A stretch of DNA of 64,000 nucleotides from Octopus vulgaris. Its lineage: Eukaryota. The stretch lies in NCBI GenBank assembly GCA_951406725.2, contig OX597826.1, positions 6,510,001 to 6,574,000 on the forward strand, read 5' to 3'. Every line of letters begins with the position of its first letter. The first letter of the stretch is position 1. A model generated the notes under the pieces. It saw only the letters and a program-made list of their open reading frames with translations, was not told the DNA's origin and made no database searches. Both the position numbers and the translations under genes were made by a program. Positions 27,854 to 42,339 of the stretch are shown in pieces.

Positions 27854-28134
27854 TTTGTTCCTTCTCGAGCCATGCCTCGCTCATAAGGGCCGGTTTCCCG
27901 GTTTACTTGGCGTATAGGTTCCCCACCTGGACGGGACGCCGGTCCGTCGCAGTTGAGCTGCAAGATCCAGGAGGAAAGAGTGAGAGAAAGTTGTAGCGAA
28001 AGAGTCAGCAGCAGTTCGCCATTACCTTCTACCGGAGCTGCGTGGAACTTTGGTGTTTCGCTCATAAACACACACATCGTCCGCTCTGAGATTCGAACCC
28101 GCGAGTCCGCTGCTCTAACCACAAGGCTTCCGCT
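27854..28134 (-). mobile_element. SINE family B2 (B head/body, alternative tail) with 13-bp TSD
   Basis: TSD ATCAGTACTGCTG at 27841-27853 and 28135-28147. Tail GCGACGGACCGGCGTCCCGTCCAGG...GAAACCGGCCCTTATGAGC. Confidence 0.85.
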
Positions 28135-28617
28135 ATCAGTACTGCTGGCCTTGAGTTAAGTTAGAAATATATAAGCTGTCAGTTCAATCATAGTTAGTCA
28201 TGCTGGTATTGTCATTCAATATTGAACCTGATAATATTAGTAACCTACAAAATACGATTAAGCAAATGATGTGAATAAAGGAAAGGAACTTCACCGTACA
28301 TTGATCTGATAATAATAAATGGCATTTGCAATCTAATAATCAACAAAAAGAAACAAAGCATTGTGTCAGAATCTACTCAGACGCGCATAAGGACATCTGT
28401 GTACTGCAGGTTCGGTCTCACTACATAGCGACGTGAACTAGAGTTTTATACAGCAGCCTTAGTTTAACCAATATTGTTTGAGTGGAATCTAACAAAGAGG
28501 AGCTACAGAAACTGTCGTATGTTTCGTATGTTTCAATGTCTGTGTATATATTTTTGTGGGGTTTTAATGTTGTAAAACTAGAGTTGTATCAAAAAAATGT
28601 AATATACCGTAATATAA

Positions 28618-28910
28618 ACGTCGCCTTTTTCAAGCCTAGCCAATCTCAAGGGCCCGATTTCCCGGCTTCTGTCGCGTATGTGTCCCCCTCAGCTGGACGG
28701 GACGCCAGTCCATCGCATCGTTGCTAAAGAAACAGGAAGAGAGAGTGATAGAAAGTTGTAAAACAGGGGCGACTACCCCCTGTCGGAACCTGGTGGCGCT
28801 CTTAGGTATTTTCCCTTAATAAACATACACAACGCCCGGTCTGGGAATCGAAACCGCGTTCCACCGACCGGGAGTCCGCTGCCCTAGCCACTCGGCCATT
28901 GCGCCTCCAC
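28618..28910 (-). mobile_element. SINE family B2
   Basis: Same tRNA head as B1 (GTGGAGGCGCAATGGCCGAGTGG...GGTTTCGATTCCCAGACCGGGCG). Tail GCGATGGACTGGCGTCCCGTCCAGCTG. Confidence 0.85.
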
Positions 28911-29656
28911 ATACTGTAACATGCCGATTGGAAAAATAAAGATACATAAAGGAAGTATGAGAGTGAAATATTTACTGGACAGATGCACCCGACAACTGGC
29001 TTCTGAGTATACATACGAAAAGAGAAATAAGTATAAAATATCGACATATTTTTAGATAAAGCCATTTGCAAAAGAGCTGCACGTTCTTAAATATATAAAT
29101 TATCAACATTATGATGTTGAACTCACATATTTAGATTTGTTTGATTTTTTTCAAGAAATATTTTCAGTCTCTGATGGTTTGATTTAATCTGTGTTATAAT
29201 CTTTCAATTCATAGGTGAAAAAGACCGCACTATATAATTTCAGTACTAGGACAACCTGCAACAACTTCTTACTGGCTGGATTCATAGACAAGACATATGC
29301 ATATACTGTCATTCTGGATGCGAATAATGCGGTTTTTAAAGTTCTAGTTACGTTCAAGTAATGACTCATTGAATGGAAGTTCGTTTATCTAATTTAGGAC
29401 GTAATCTAAATTCTAAGTTCTGTGTGCCAGAGTAAAAACTACATAACTTACACCGAATAAAAACTGCATAAGTGAAGATGGTAAACTTTCATTATAATAT
29501 TGCAAATATTTCAAATTGCGATAAAGACTTCATTTGTATTGATATGAAATTATGTAGTTTCTCAATGTTATGAGTATTTCACTTATTCATACATTCACCT
29601 TCTCTCTCTTTTGCTCACTCTCTTATGCATACGCACAATCACACACAAATGCTCTT

Positions 29657-29727
<71 letters not shown>

Positions 29728-31636
29728 TCATGCACACACACACGCATACATACCTAGACACATTCATACATGCATATTCGTACATATTTGTTTATATAAC
29801 TCTATGTTTTTGTTTGCATCTCCCGCTCACCCCCGTTCAAAACCATAATTCGTTTCAGTTTTGAGCAGATACTTGTACAACATATCTTCATATAAAGTGA
29901 AGTGTAAACAAATCAATACTATTTGACTGTTGAAACAACTGTTCTGTTTCTGTAATATTTATACGGGAATTACCATGGCCAATGGACTGTAAAATTTCCC
30001 ATCGGATTTCTGTTATTATCTTCCGCATCCTTAGCTGCCCTATATCTGCAATAGACGAAGACATCTCACATACCCTTTATTAATGCAGCAAAATGCTATG
30101 TATACAGTATATATATGCAATCTTTGCTATGTATACAGTATATATATGCAATCTTGTATATTCACATATTGTATGCAAGTATGTACGCTCTCATGCAAAC
30201 GAATGTATCTGAGTGCATAGACGTATGTGCATGTATTCTTGTGTATCTGCTTATGCACTGCGTGCTTTCCTTAATACGTATTCATTTATTCATATATATG
30301 TGCGTGTGTACTCTACCAGCAATTTTTCTCTTAGGAGTTACTCTGTTTGATTATATGATGCACATGTTTATGATATCCGAAGTATGACTTGTACAAGAAG
30401 CATGTCGTTCAGTACTTGCTTCTCCCTACCTTTATTCAATTGAGCTTAACTTCTTTCTGAATGTATTATTTCTGATGGAGATCAGCAAGTGTAAGTTATG
30501 AAGAACTGAACGCAGACGTTTTGTTTTCGTTTTGTATTTCATTGGATTAGCCAGAGTTATATTCCTTTTTCATGATAGCACTTCATGTCTATACATTTCC
30601 ACTCACTATAAGCTACAGTGTCTCCATTGACATGTATAATATTTAGGAAAGGTATACTCATATACGCTCGATTTAATGTCAGCTAACATTGGAGTGACCA
30701 TTGAGAATTTCAGAAAATATTTGCAGGTATTTCCTTCAAATATGTATGAGTAATATATGCGACGTGGAATAAGTACAATAGAATTCTCTGATATTTTTCA
30801 CTGGCTGTACACATTCTATTTTATAAATTTTACTGGTCTATTAATCCATTCCAATATGCCCTGTTGCATCTAACTTATATTAAGCAACACAAATATACAT
30901 ACAAACATACATATAACTTATATACACATACATGTACACACCATCTAAGTAGTTGGCTTGCTATGTGTATGCATGTGTATTTATACAAACACACATCCAC
31001 ACGTACAAAGAGAGAAAGATAGAACGATAGATAGCCAGACAGACAGACCGGGGAAAAACCGATTCTGTACAGATAAATATATTTAAATATTTGAATTTAT
31101 ATATATATCTGGATAGGGAGTGAATCACCCACAGGAAAAATTTTCCCTATAGTAGCCATACCAATTATTGAATTCAAAAGATTCCTTAATGCCTAAAACA
31201 AGGAATTGTATTCTTCGCGGTATTTATCTGGTGAAGGTGTAAGTGGTGGATGACAGAATTTCCGTCGCTGCAGAAACTACAAGAGAGTAGGGAGGGTGAG
31301 TTAAAGCTGTCCCTTTAGCTATTTGTATTGTAGAGTATATGTGAATGAAGAGATAAATGGATACATTAAATGAAATGAAAAAAAAATTGAAAATAAAAAC
31401 TGAATTGTATGATTCAAATAGTTTAGATATCAGAAAATTTAATTAAATAATATTTCTTGCCGTCTTTTAATAAATATCTCTTAAATTTTGAAATTATTCA
31501 ATAAATCCATAACGAATTTCTATTTCCAAATCCTACGCAACAGTTAATACATAGTATAACGATTTAAAATATTCCCTCCGCTCCAATAAGTAACGATTTG
31601 AAGCGCCAATTTATTAAAGATATCCATGACTCATAT

Positions 31637-31666
31637 GATAATAACAACAACAATAATAATAATAAC

Positions 31667-31734
<68 letters not shown>

Positions 31735-31747
31735 TAATAATAATAAT
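31637..31747. repeat. (AAT)n microsatellite
   Basis: Directly visible. Explains the poly-N and poly-L ORFs. Confidence 0.97.
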
Positions 31748-33479
31748 GTTTCAGGAATATTTTTAGCCGGCACATTCATCTAAATAACAGTGTATCACAT
31801 TCAACAATCTGTTATTTACTGCAGCTATTCCATTTAGTTGTTTAAAATGTCTGGGCAATTAAGTATTCTCTGTAGCTATTCCCCGTGCGCTGATTCACTT
31901 GTTATCTTACATCTAAAACGCTTCCGGAAGATAGCATACCGTTGAGTGGCAGGCAGTCTTCAAGTAGGTGATAAAGAAAGTATCAACAGTCTCAATATAT
32001 GAATTGATTGGGAAAGTCAATGACTCACAGTTTGAGATAATCTTTAAGGGTCTTTCAATGAAAGAAGAAGAAGAAAAAAATTGCATAAATAGAAATCCTT
32101 CGGATTTATTTTTGTCTGATATAATCGGTACATAGCGAGCACACACAGTTAGGTGATCCCTTATTGATCTCGACCAATGGCATGCAATTCATGTCAAAGA
32201 ATGCAGAGTATTTGCAAATACGTGTAAGTATTTCTTCAGGGAATTTACGAATTAAAACCGGAATATGCTATTGACTCAGTATGTTTGATTAAATCAATCA
32301 ACCCATACCCCAGATTTAGCAATGAGTTGGACATTTGTTATAATGTAATAGATACCCATATTAACAGTTGAGTCACAATAAACGGTTGCATTCAACTTGG
32401 ATCATGCGTTTTCACATCTTGGTCATGAGATCGATCTTCAATTGTGGTAAGAGCTTGATAATATGTTCGCAAATAAGATAACATATTATTAAGCCAATCA
32501 ATATCAGGTTGGACCAGAATGGTACACAACGTGATATAATACTAAAATATGCTAGCAAATTAAAGGATAAAACTCCATCCAAAATACAGGAAAGACATGG
32601 TGGTATTGATTATGTATATACATATTAAGATTTTTGTGAGCTATAACACAATGACTATGGACAAACATATGTGAGTGCACAAAAGTGTATTTCATTAACT
32701 CGCAATTGTACACACAAGCAAAGACACACACATGCGTATATATGTAGGTGCGTATGTATATCGACTTCAATGCACAGTATATTGAGGATTTGCAATATAC
32801 TTGAGTCAAACAAATCCGAGTGAAATTTGATGGATGAAAATCGTATTCACGAACGAATTGGCAATTTTTCTGTTATATGTCATCATGTGTGCGTGTGGTG
32901 GTGGAGGATAATAAACTGAATTCCCCTCCAACAATCTGGCCCAAGAACATAGAGCTGCGGCGCATTTATTCATGCCAGGCGATGTATCTCAGCCTGAAAA
33001 TGGTTTCCCTTCCAACAACCACCGACTTTTATACAAAAAATATTTCCTTCTGTTTCTAGCTCAACAGCATGCAGTGCCTTTCCTTCTGTAATCTAGCTCA
33101 ATAGTATGCAAAACTTTGTTTCATATATATTCCTTTGTCTATTCCCTGCTATCTTAGGTTGTTCGTTATTTGCATAACGAATAAACACTTATACGTTTGG
33201 AAATTTAAGATCGATTGATGTATTCATTTCAGAACAGAAATGAGGTGAAATACATCATTACATATATTTCTATTAATCTTATGTAATTATTTCAGCACTT
33301 TACTAGAATGCGTGTATGCTATATAACGTATATTTTTTCTTATATGCCTCATATTTCGCACACAAATCCATCCATGGACTGGTTCCCCGCATCGAGTTAC
33401 ACAGGATATTTGAACGTAGTGTGGGAGCAACTAATGAGCCCGGTCTTAGTTGTGTATCACAGTTTACTGTGCCCCTTTA

Positions 33480-33555
<76 letters not shown>

Positions 33556-33832
33556 AATATAAAATGAATATCTTCTTCCGCTAATTGGATATACTTGTCG
33601 TACATAATAAATTATCTTGGATGTTTTACTGCTTGCATTTGTTGTTATCTGGTTATTGGATATTTTGCCGAATTCGTCTTACACAGAGTGCTGTAGAGAG
33701 ATCTGCATGTGCATGTTAATCCCTTTTACTTCTTAATATATAAGTGCTTATATGTGCGTGTATGTGTGAGCGTGTGTGTGTTTGTGTGTATGTGCATGTG
33801 TGCCTGTGTGCGTATATATACATATCTATCTA

Positions 33833-33960
<128 letters not shown>

Positions 33961-34022
33961 TAGATAGATAGATAGATATATATTCATTTATATATATGTA
34001 TATGTATATGTATATATTATAT

Positions 34023-34262
34023 GTGGAGGCGCGTGGCTTAGTGGTTAAGGTGTCAGCATCATGATCGTAAGATTGCGGTTTCGACGCGTTGTGTTCTTAA
34101 GCAAACCACTTCATTTCACGTTGCTCCAGTCCACTTATCTGGCAAAAATGAGTAACGCTGAGATGGACTGGCATCTCGTCCAGCTGGGGAACACATACGC
34201 TATTGAAACCGAGAAAGAGGGCCCATGAGCCTGGCTAGGATTTAAAAGGGCGCATTTATTTT
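34023..34262 (+). mobile_element. SINE family C (tRNA head + CORE-like domain + B2-type tail)
   Basis: GTGGAGGCGCGTGGCTTAGTGGTTAAGG head, GTTGTGTTCTTAAGCAAACCACTT...AAAATGAGTA body, GATGGACTGGCATCTCGTCCAGCTGGGG..GAAACCG..GGCCCATGAGCC tail. Confidence 0.8.
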
Positions 34263-35339
34263 ATTATATATATATTATATACAAACAGCGACATGGATAT
34301 ACCATCATAATGTAACCTATCAGCGCCATGTCAATGTCCAATTCCACCGCCTTTTCCTGACCGAGGACAAATATATGCCGTTTCGATTAACAAATGTAAC
34401 CGCTGATACTCTTCAAGCACACAGTAGTCTACCTACACTTTTGCGTTTATTCATTTCTCCCTTTTTCCTTCATTGCTAAGTTTTTTCTTAACCTGCATTC
34501 ACTTACACTTCCTTTAACTCTTTATCTATACGCATGTTGCTTTCAGTCCCTTATTTTCTCTTTATCCTCTACACATCTTATATTTGAGCAAATTGCAGTA
34601 CCAAATCAAGCGACGTTCACTCGTTATGTTTATTAAACTTCTTAATTCACCTTTTTATATACTTAGTGATTTTCGTTTGTATTTATTTCTACATATTATT
34701 CCAACATTATCCATTCTGCTTGTGCGAGTGTATATCGGATATGAGCCTATATAGGCATGCGTGTTTTTCGAAATTACTGAGTGACAGACAGATGACGAGA
34801 GATAGAGACTAAAGAAAGAGGATGGAATGACTGCTTATAAGTAATCAATATATAAGACAACATTTACATGAAGGATGAAGGAATGTAAAAAAATATGAAA
34901 AAAAACATCATAATTTATTAATAAATTAAATAACATACGATATACAATGCAGATAGACAATGTACACAGAAACAAGAACTACACATAAGAAGAAGAAATA
35001 CAAAAATGATCAGAACATGACATCATCTCTTTATATATTAATCTGTCTCTGTTTGCTTGGATTATATATTAATCTGTCTCCGTTTGCTTGGATTTCGCTC
35101 AGTCTCAATAAAGCAGGTCCCTGAGACCTGCCAGATGCAGGGGCCCATTTCCTTGTCGCTTTTAAATGAAGCTACTCCGCTGGTTAAACGGGCAGGTTCT
35201 AGTGAACAGAGTTATTGTTCACTTCGAAGAAACAGTATTTTGTATGGGCAATGGGTGAATGAAGTGTCATACAAAACCTTCTAATCTAAAACTGTTTAAA
35301 TCAGCAGTCAAGAGCGAGCCTCTACCGTCGAAAAAGTTT

Positions 35340-35890
35340 AAAGCAGTACCACCTATTCTGGTCAGTGAAATTGTAAATGTCCTGAAACGGATGAAAGTAG
35401 ATAAAGCTGTAGGAAAAGATGGCATGACAGGAATTTTACTGAGCCCGAGGTGAAAAAAGCACTGTGGAAATTCTTCAATCTGCGTTTGAAATACCCCCGT
35501 AGTGGAACAGATCGCATAACATCTTGCTTCATGGAAGGGTGACAACGAAGATTTAAGAAACTATCGACCCATATGTTTCTTCTTTCATCACTACAGGTTG
35601 CTTACAGGGATCGAGTTATTAGGGTAATGGAACGTCTCCCTGACAAGCAGCCGAGAGAGCAAGAAGATTCCCGTAAGATCTACAGTACGATAGATCACAT
35701 ATTCACTCACTTCACTCTAACACAGCTTATGGAGCAAACAAAAGAATACCAACTGCCTCTATGCATGTATTTTGTGGAATAATGATAGGACTTCGATAAA
35801 GCCGAAATAAATGCAGCGTTGAAATCCCTGGAAATGCTAAGTGTCAAGGTGTGGAACAAGGAACTTCTCAGGGAACTGTGAATGCACAAA
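35340..35890 (+). mobile_element. Decayed RTE-clade LINE reverse transcriptase fragment
   Basis: VPPILVSEI..MK..KAVGKDG, KGDNEDLRNYRPI, QPREQEDSRKIYSTIDHIFT..QLMEQTKEYQLPLCMYFV..DFDKA. Contains frameshifts and stops. Confidence 0.88.
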
Positions 35891-35897
35891 TGATATT

Positions 35898-36059
35898 GGC
35901 GTTGGAGTGGATGTGTGGTAAGTAGCTTGCTTACGAACCACATGGTTCCGGGTTCAGTCCCACTGCGTGGCACCTTGGGCAAGTGTCTTCTACTATTGCC
36001 TCGGGCCAAGCACAGCCTTGTGAGTGGATTTCGTAGACTGAAACAGAAAGCAGCCCGTC

Positions 36060-36124
<65 letters not shown>

Positions 36125-36372
36125 TATACATATATGTATGTATCTATGTGCGTGTATGTGTTTGTGTGTCTGTGTTTGTCCCCCAACATCGCTTGACAAC
36201 CGATGCTGGTGTGTTTACGTCCCCGTAACTTAGCGGTTCGGCAAAAGAAACCCATAGAAAAAAGTACTAGGTTTACAAAGAATAAGTCCAGGGATCTACT
36301 TGCTCGACTAAAGGCGGTGCTCCAGCATGGCCGCAGTCAAATGACTGAAACAAGTAAAAAGATTAAAAAGTA
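35898..36372 (+). mobile_element. SINE family A, full length, inserted at the end of the RTE fragment
   Basis: Head, CORE-like ACCTTGGGCAAGTG, (TA)n, and tail GGCGGTGCTCCAGCATGGCCGCAGTCAAATGACTGAAAC. Confidence 0.92.
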
Positions 36373-36997
36373 AATGGTATAAATACAGATACGTACCACA
36401 GAAAGACGAAATGCCATCAACAGGACAAGGAAACATAAATGGAACTGAGAGTCACTGACGATGTCACAGAGTGTGTGACGAAAAAACATTCACAGACGTG
36501 TAAACTAAAAATAATACGAATAATATTACAGTGAATATCTAAGAAACAGTGCGTGTGTTCACATGGCAGAAAAAATGAATGTCACGATGTATAACACTGT
36601 ATGTGTGTGTGTGTGTGTGTGTTATTTTAAGAAGGATGATTGTCTGATACGTAGATATGATTTTAAGTTATAAACATCATATAACTCAAACTAATATGTG
36701 ATTCAAAGCGACAACGCAAATATACAGTTGCCATTGAACTTGTGTCACATATTAGCATGTTACTGTTTCCAAAACTAATACTTGAATTTAAATCACTAAA
36801 ATATAACTATAAATAGACGATTCGTATTATTTATTCGTGTAACCTAATGAGCTTGCGTACTTCATTTACAATTTATAAATAATGCATTGAATTAAATTAT
36901 TCTTTGTTGAAGACGACTCTATGAAATTAAATAATCTATGGAAAACATATAAACATATACACCCACTTTCAAATCACTCACACGTGTTTGTCTTCAT

Positions 36998-37071
<74 letters not shown>

Positions 37072-37861
37072 GAGGATGCACACACACACAAATATATTTG
37101 TATATATATACATGCATAGACAAAAGAGAGACCTACTTATATGTACGTAAAAATACATAAGACACGACTTAGTGAATGGAGAAACAATGTCAGAAATGAT
37201 GGAAACATATTATTTATCGATTTATAATATTTTATAAAGTGGTACAATTTAGTTTTGTAAAGAAGGAATATATTAACTAAAATGGAAATAACAAAAAAAA
37301 AATATTATTTGACGTCTGTGATTAAAACATTATGAAATTTATTGGAAATTGAATCAAAGATCAACTTCTATTGCAGCAAAATATTTTGTTATTGGTGCAG
37401 TTATGTAGATGGATTATGGTTTAGGATAACTGTAGATCATCTACTTTGTGATACGGAGTTAATATTGCTTCGGGCACAGAGAGACGCGTTTATTAAATAA
37501 TCCTCGATAATAAGGTGTCAGTCAAATTAGAAGAATAAGGCACTCTGTACTACTAAAAGTGTTTAAACAGATGTGTTTTTCCAGTATGATTAATGAGCTG
37601 TGATATATTGCACACTATTTAAATATAATTCTCTATTTGTATCATTATTTACAAACGTGTATTTATTCAATTATCTATTCCGTAAACTATCCAATATACG
37701 ATTTTTCTGAGGACAAGTTAATCCTAAACACACACACTTGCATAAATGCACGAACGTACACACACATGCTGCCCGCGCACACATACGCACACGCACGCGC
37801 ACATATGCTCGAATGCACGCAAATGCATATCCACCAATTTATACGTACATAAATATTTGGC

Positions 37862-38271
37862 CTCTTACTCTTTTACTTGTTTCAGTCATTTGCCTGCGGC
37901 CATGCCGGGGCACCACCTTTAGTCGAGCAAATCGACCCCAGGACTTATTATTTGGAAGCCAAGTACTTATTCTATCGGATCACTTTTGCCGAACCGCTGT
38001 TACGGGGACATAAACACACCACCATCGGTTGTCAAGCGATGTTGGGGGGGCGGCACAAACATACAAACATATACACACACACATATATATATATATATAC
38101 ATATATTCGACGGGCTTCTTTCAGTTTCCGTCTACCAAATCCACTCACAAGGCTTTGGTCGACTCGCGGCTATAGTAGAAGACACTTGCCCAAGGTGCCA
38201 TGCAGTGGTACTGAACTCGGAACCATGTGGTCCATATGCAAGCTACCTTACCACACAGCCACTCCTACACC
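37862..38271 (-). mobile_element. SINE family A, full length
   Basis: Reverse-complement match to 22304-22726 along the whole length. Confidence 0.92.
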
Positions 38272-38487
38272 TAAGCGTTTTTGCGTTGAGTATGCTCAAT
38301 AGCATATTCGGATACTTTCTCTGTATCGTATTCGCATACCTCCACACCGACAATGGAATACCTGTTACGTACCTTGTCTAAAGGCTTGTTGGGTCTCATG
38401 AGAAAGATATTCGTTTATAATTTCAATACACCACATCGGTCTTCAAGTTATATGCGCGCGTCTTTTACTTTTGTACTTTTTAAAAAA

Positions 38488-38884
38488 CTAGCAGTATCGT
38501 CCGGCGTTCCTCGGGTTTGTAAGGGAAATAACTATATAAGCATTTTTAGAGAATTATAGCAAAAAAATAGCAAAACAATGCATTAAAATGGAAAAAAATT
38601 ATGTTAATTTTTTTTTAAATCGTTGACTCATCGTAGACACTTTTAGAGAGTTACTTCCCTTATATAATAGCGTAAAATATGCATGAAAATGGAAAGAAAT
38701 GATGGAAATTTTTTTTTAAAAATCGTAGACTCATCGTAGACGCGCGCTAATACCCAGAAGGACTCGATATGAATCACGACTATAAGATACCAGGTTTTGG
38801 TTAAACTGCACCGCAAAATGTGGGAGTAGTTAGGAATCTAAATCGTAGGAGACAGACACACAACTTGACTTTTATATATAAAGA
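38488..38884 (-). mobile_element. Non-autonomous Helitron
   Basis: Minus strand: A|TCTTTATATATAAAAG... GC-rich subterminal hairpin (CCCGAGGAACGCCGGA) ...CTAG|T. No TSD. Internal duplication. Confidence 0.82.
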
Positions 38885-39234
38885 TTTCTGCGAAACGTTT
38901 CTTACTTAGCTTCTCTTGGACATGGATTGGAATCTCGTTATATGAAATTTGAAACATGTCTTGACAGGGGAGTATATCCATTCACTTACAAAACTTTTGC
39001 ATCAAGCAACTCGTTATAACTGCTGACTTTGCTTATAACATATAGTTGCAGGTCGGCACTTAAGAGTCTGTCAGTACTACCATTTTTATCACTTTAGTCC
39101 AGCTACGTAGCTTTACTGAGGATGTCAGCTATTTGGTGGGAAATACATAATAAAGTATATACACATATATATGTAAATTTATCTACCTGCATTAATGCGT
39201 ACATACGTTTATACATATGCATATCTATGTCTTT

Positions 39235-39450
39235 CTTATTTCAGTCATGAGACTCTAGCCATGCTGGAGTACTAGGTCGAATAATTTTAGTAGAAATTAG
39301 AATAATAAGTACCCCTGTGATTATAACATTTTCCAAAGCCTGGTACTTGTTTTATCGGCCTCTTTTACCCAACTGATAATTTACGAGGACGTTAACACAC
39401 CAGCATCGGTTGTGAGGCCAAAGTGAGATAGAAACACAGACACAAAACAT
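39235..39450 (-). mobile_element. SINE family A 3' fragment, diverged
   Basis: TTTCAGTCAT..GCCATGCTGGAG..ACACACCAGCATCGGTTGT. Confidence 0.7.
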
Positions 39451-39476
39451 GCACACACATACATATACATTCATAC

Positions 39477-39542
<66 letters not shown>

Positions 39543-39555
39543 ATATTTATGTATG

Positions 39556-39591
<36 letters not shown>

Positions 39592-39838
39592 TGTATGTAT
39601 GTATGTATGTATGTGTGTATGTATGTATATACATAAGATGCAACACGGAATTTTGTCAGTGAGCAGGTGGCGGTCTCGAACCGGCGAAAATATTTTGAAA
39701 AAATAGATTTAAATGCTGAAGTGAATCTAACGGTGTTTGTGTGTTTTGAAATTGCTTATAAACCTCTTCCACGCTGGAATTGTTTTTGTTTCAGCACACG
39801 ATCTCATATCATGCCACTTGCTGGAGAAGTACATCTCC

Positions 39839-39878
<40 letters not shown>

Positions 39879-39917
39879 CATATTTATACACACACACCAC
39901 ACGCACACGCACACAAA

Positions 39918-40028
<111 letters not shown>

Positions 40029-40038
40029 ATGTGTGTGT

Positions 40039-40407
40039 GTGGAGGCGCAATGGCCCAATGGTTAGGGCAGCGGACTCGCGGTCGTAGGATCGCGGTTTCG
40101 ATTCCCAGACCGGGCGTTGTGAGTGTTTATTGAGCGAAAACACCTAAAGCTCCACGAGGCAGGGGATGGTGGCGATCCCTGCTGTACTCTTTCACCACAA
40201 CTTTCTCTCACTCTTACTTCCTGTTTCTGTTGTACCTGTGTTTCAAAGGGCCGGCCTTGTCACTCTCTGTGTCACGCTGAATATCCCCGAGAACTACGTT
40301 AAGGGTACACGTGTCTGTGGAGTGCTCAGCCACTTACACGTTAATTTCACGAGCAGGCTGTTCCGTTGATCGGAACCCTCGTCGTCGTAACCAACGGAGT
40401 GCTTCCC
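40039..40407 (+). mobile_element. tRNA-derived SINE family B1, full length
   Basis: A-box TGGCCCAATGG, B-box GGTTTCGATTCCC. Near-identical to 6657-7046. Confidence 0.92.
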
Positions 40408-41199
40408 AATTCCCAATATATATATATATATATATTCGAAGTGCTTCTTTCGGTTTACGCCTACCAAATCCACTCACAATCAATTGGTCGGTTCGAGTGT
40501 ATAGCTGAAGACACTTTCTCAGATTTTCACACAATGGGTCTGAAATAGGAACCATGTGCTCGGGAGGCCACCCTATTTCCAAAAGTAGCCTCGTCCAAGA
40601 GATGTTGATCAGGAGTGCCTGGCAAATCGAAATTTCAGTTAGAATTATTTTCCTTCTCTGAAACGTCCGTGTTCCCACTGCATATAAATTGAATCAAACA
40701 TGGTTGTACGAATAGAATATCCTAGAAACACTTCAACTTTTAACCTATGCTCCCCCCACCCCATGAAATATCACTCATGGTAAAGCTAAGAATTATTAAA
40801 GAAATGGAAATTAATGCATAAATGGCCACTTATAAATACGAAGAATTATTAAGTAAATATAACGATTCAAAATCTCACAACGTAATATCTCAACCTGTCT
40901 GCAATAACCAATGATTTAACTCATAGCTGTATCGAATGTATTTTCGATACAGACATTTTAAACAACACTTGTCAAACTTTTGATTATTTGAAGTTCGTTA
41001 ACATTAGTTTTTCTGAGATCTTGTCTCGTTTTCATTTGCATAGTTGTTATTTATTATGTTGCTTTATTGAACCGGATGAAACGAAATTATAGATATGAAT
41101 AATTTGTGTACTAAATAATATATCTTGAAAATTAATTTCACACACCTAAATGCGCATGCTTACCCTGTTCACGTATACCTATGTACATTCTTTTATTGT

Positions 41200-41420
41200 T
41201 TTGCTTGTTTCAGTCATTTGACTGAGGCCGTACTGGAGCACCGCCTTAAAGGGCTTTGTAGTGATGGAAATTGGCCCAGAAATTATTCTTTATAATCCTA
41301 GTACTTAACCTATCGGATTCTTCTGCTGAATCGCCAAATTCAAGGGACGTAAACAGCGAAATTTAAGGGATGTAAACAAGCGATCGAACGAGGACAAACA
41401 CAGACACAAAACACACACAC
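41200..41420 (-). mobile_element. SINE family A 3' fragment
   Basis: CTTGTTTCAGTCATTTGACTGAGGCCGTACTGGAGCACCGCCTT. Confidence 0.75.
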
Positions 41421-42024
41421 ACATATATGTATATATACATGCATGTATATAGGTGTATGTGTGTGTGTGCGTGTGTGAGTGTATGTATGAGTGTGTAGAG
41501 TGAGTTTGGAGGGATATATTATCTGGGTTGATCCCATGGTGGATTTCAGTTATGTTACAGTTTACGGCTAACCGCATCGATTATTATTAAACGCCTATGA
41601 CTACAATTGGTTGCCACTCACGCCGATATTTGCCGACAGGTAATGCCATCATCGTTTCTCTGGAAGATGATATAATATGGAGTGTATATTAATAATAATG
41701 ATAACCTTAAAGGTATGCTGCATGAAATTATAAAATACAGGAAATAATTCTTGGGGATGAACAACTTTCCATATTCTATTTAGTTATAACTTTTGCTTCT
41801 TGATATATATAAACATGTGTGCGTGTGTGTGTGCCTAGGCTCCCCAACGTAAGATGATTTCGTGTGAGAAACTAAATCTGGGATCTTCGCTTACAGATAC
41901 ATTCCATCAAAATGTGTCTCCCACACCAGGAGCACTTTCCTTGTAGCCATTTTCTTTCAAATATATATATATATGTGTGTGTGTGTGTGTCTGTGTGTGT
42001 GTGTCTGTGTGTGTGTGTATCTTT

Positions 42025-42279
<255 letters not shown>

Positions 42280-42339
42280 TCTGTCTGTGTTTGCCTTACG
42301 AGAGTGACGATTTGTGAATAATGCGGGTTTTGAAAGTGC

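Noticed and set aside
40039-40115. tRNA-like sequences with A and B boxes (also at 22304, 34023, 62294)
   Set aside because: They continue into SINE bodies with tails or TSDs and lack a clean cloverleaf; not tRNA genes.
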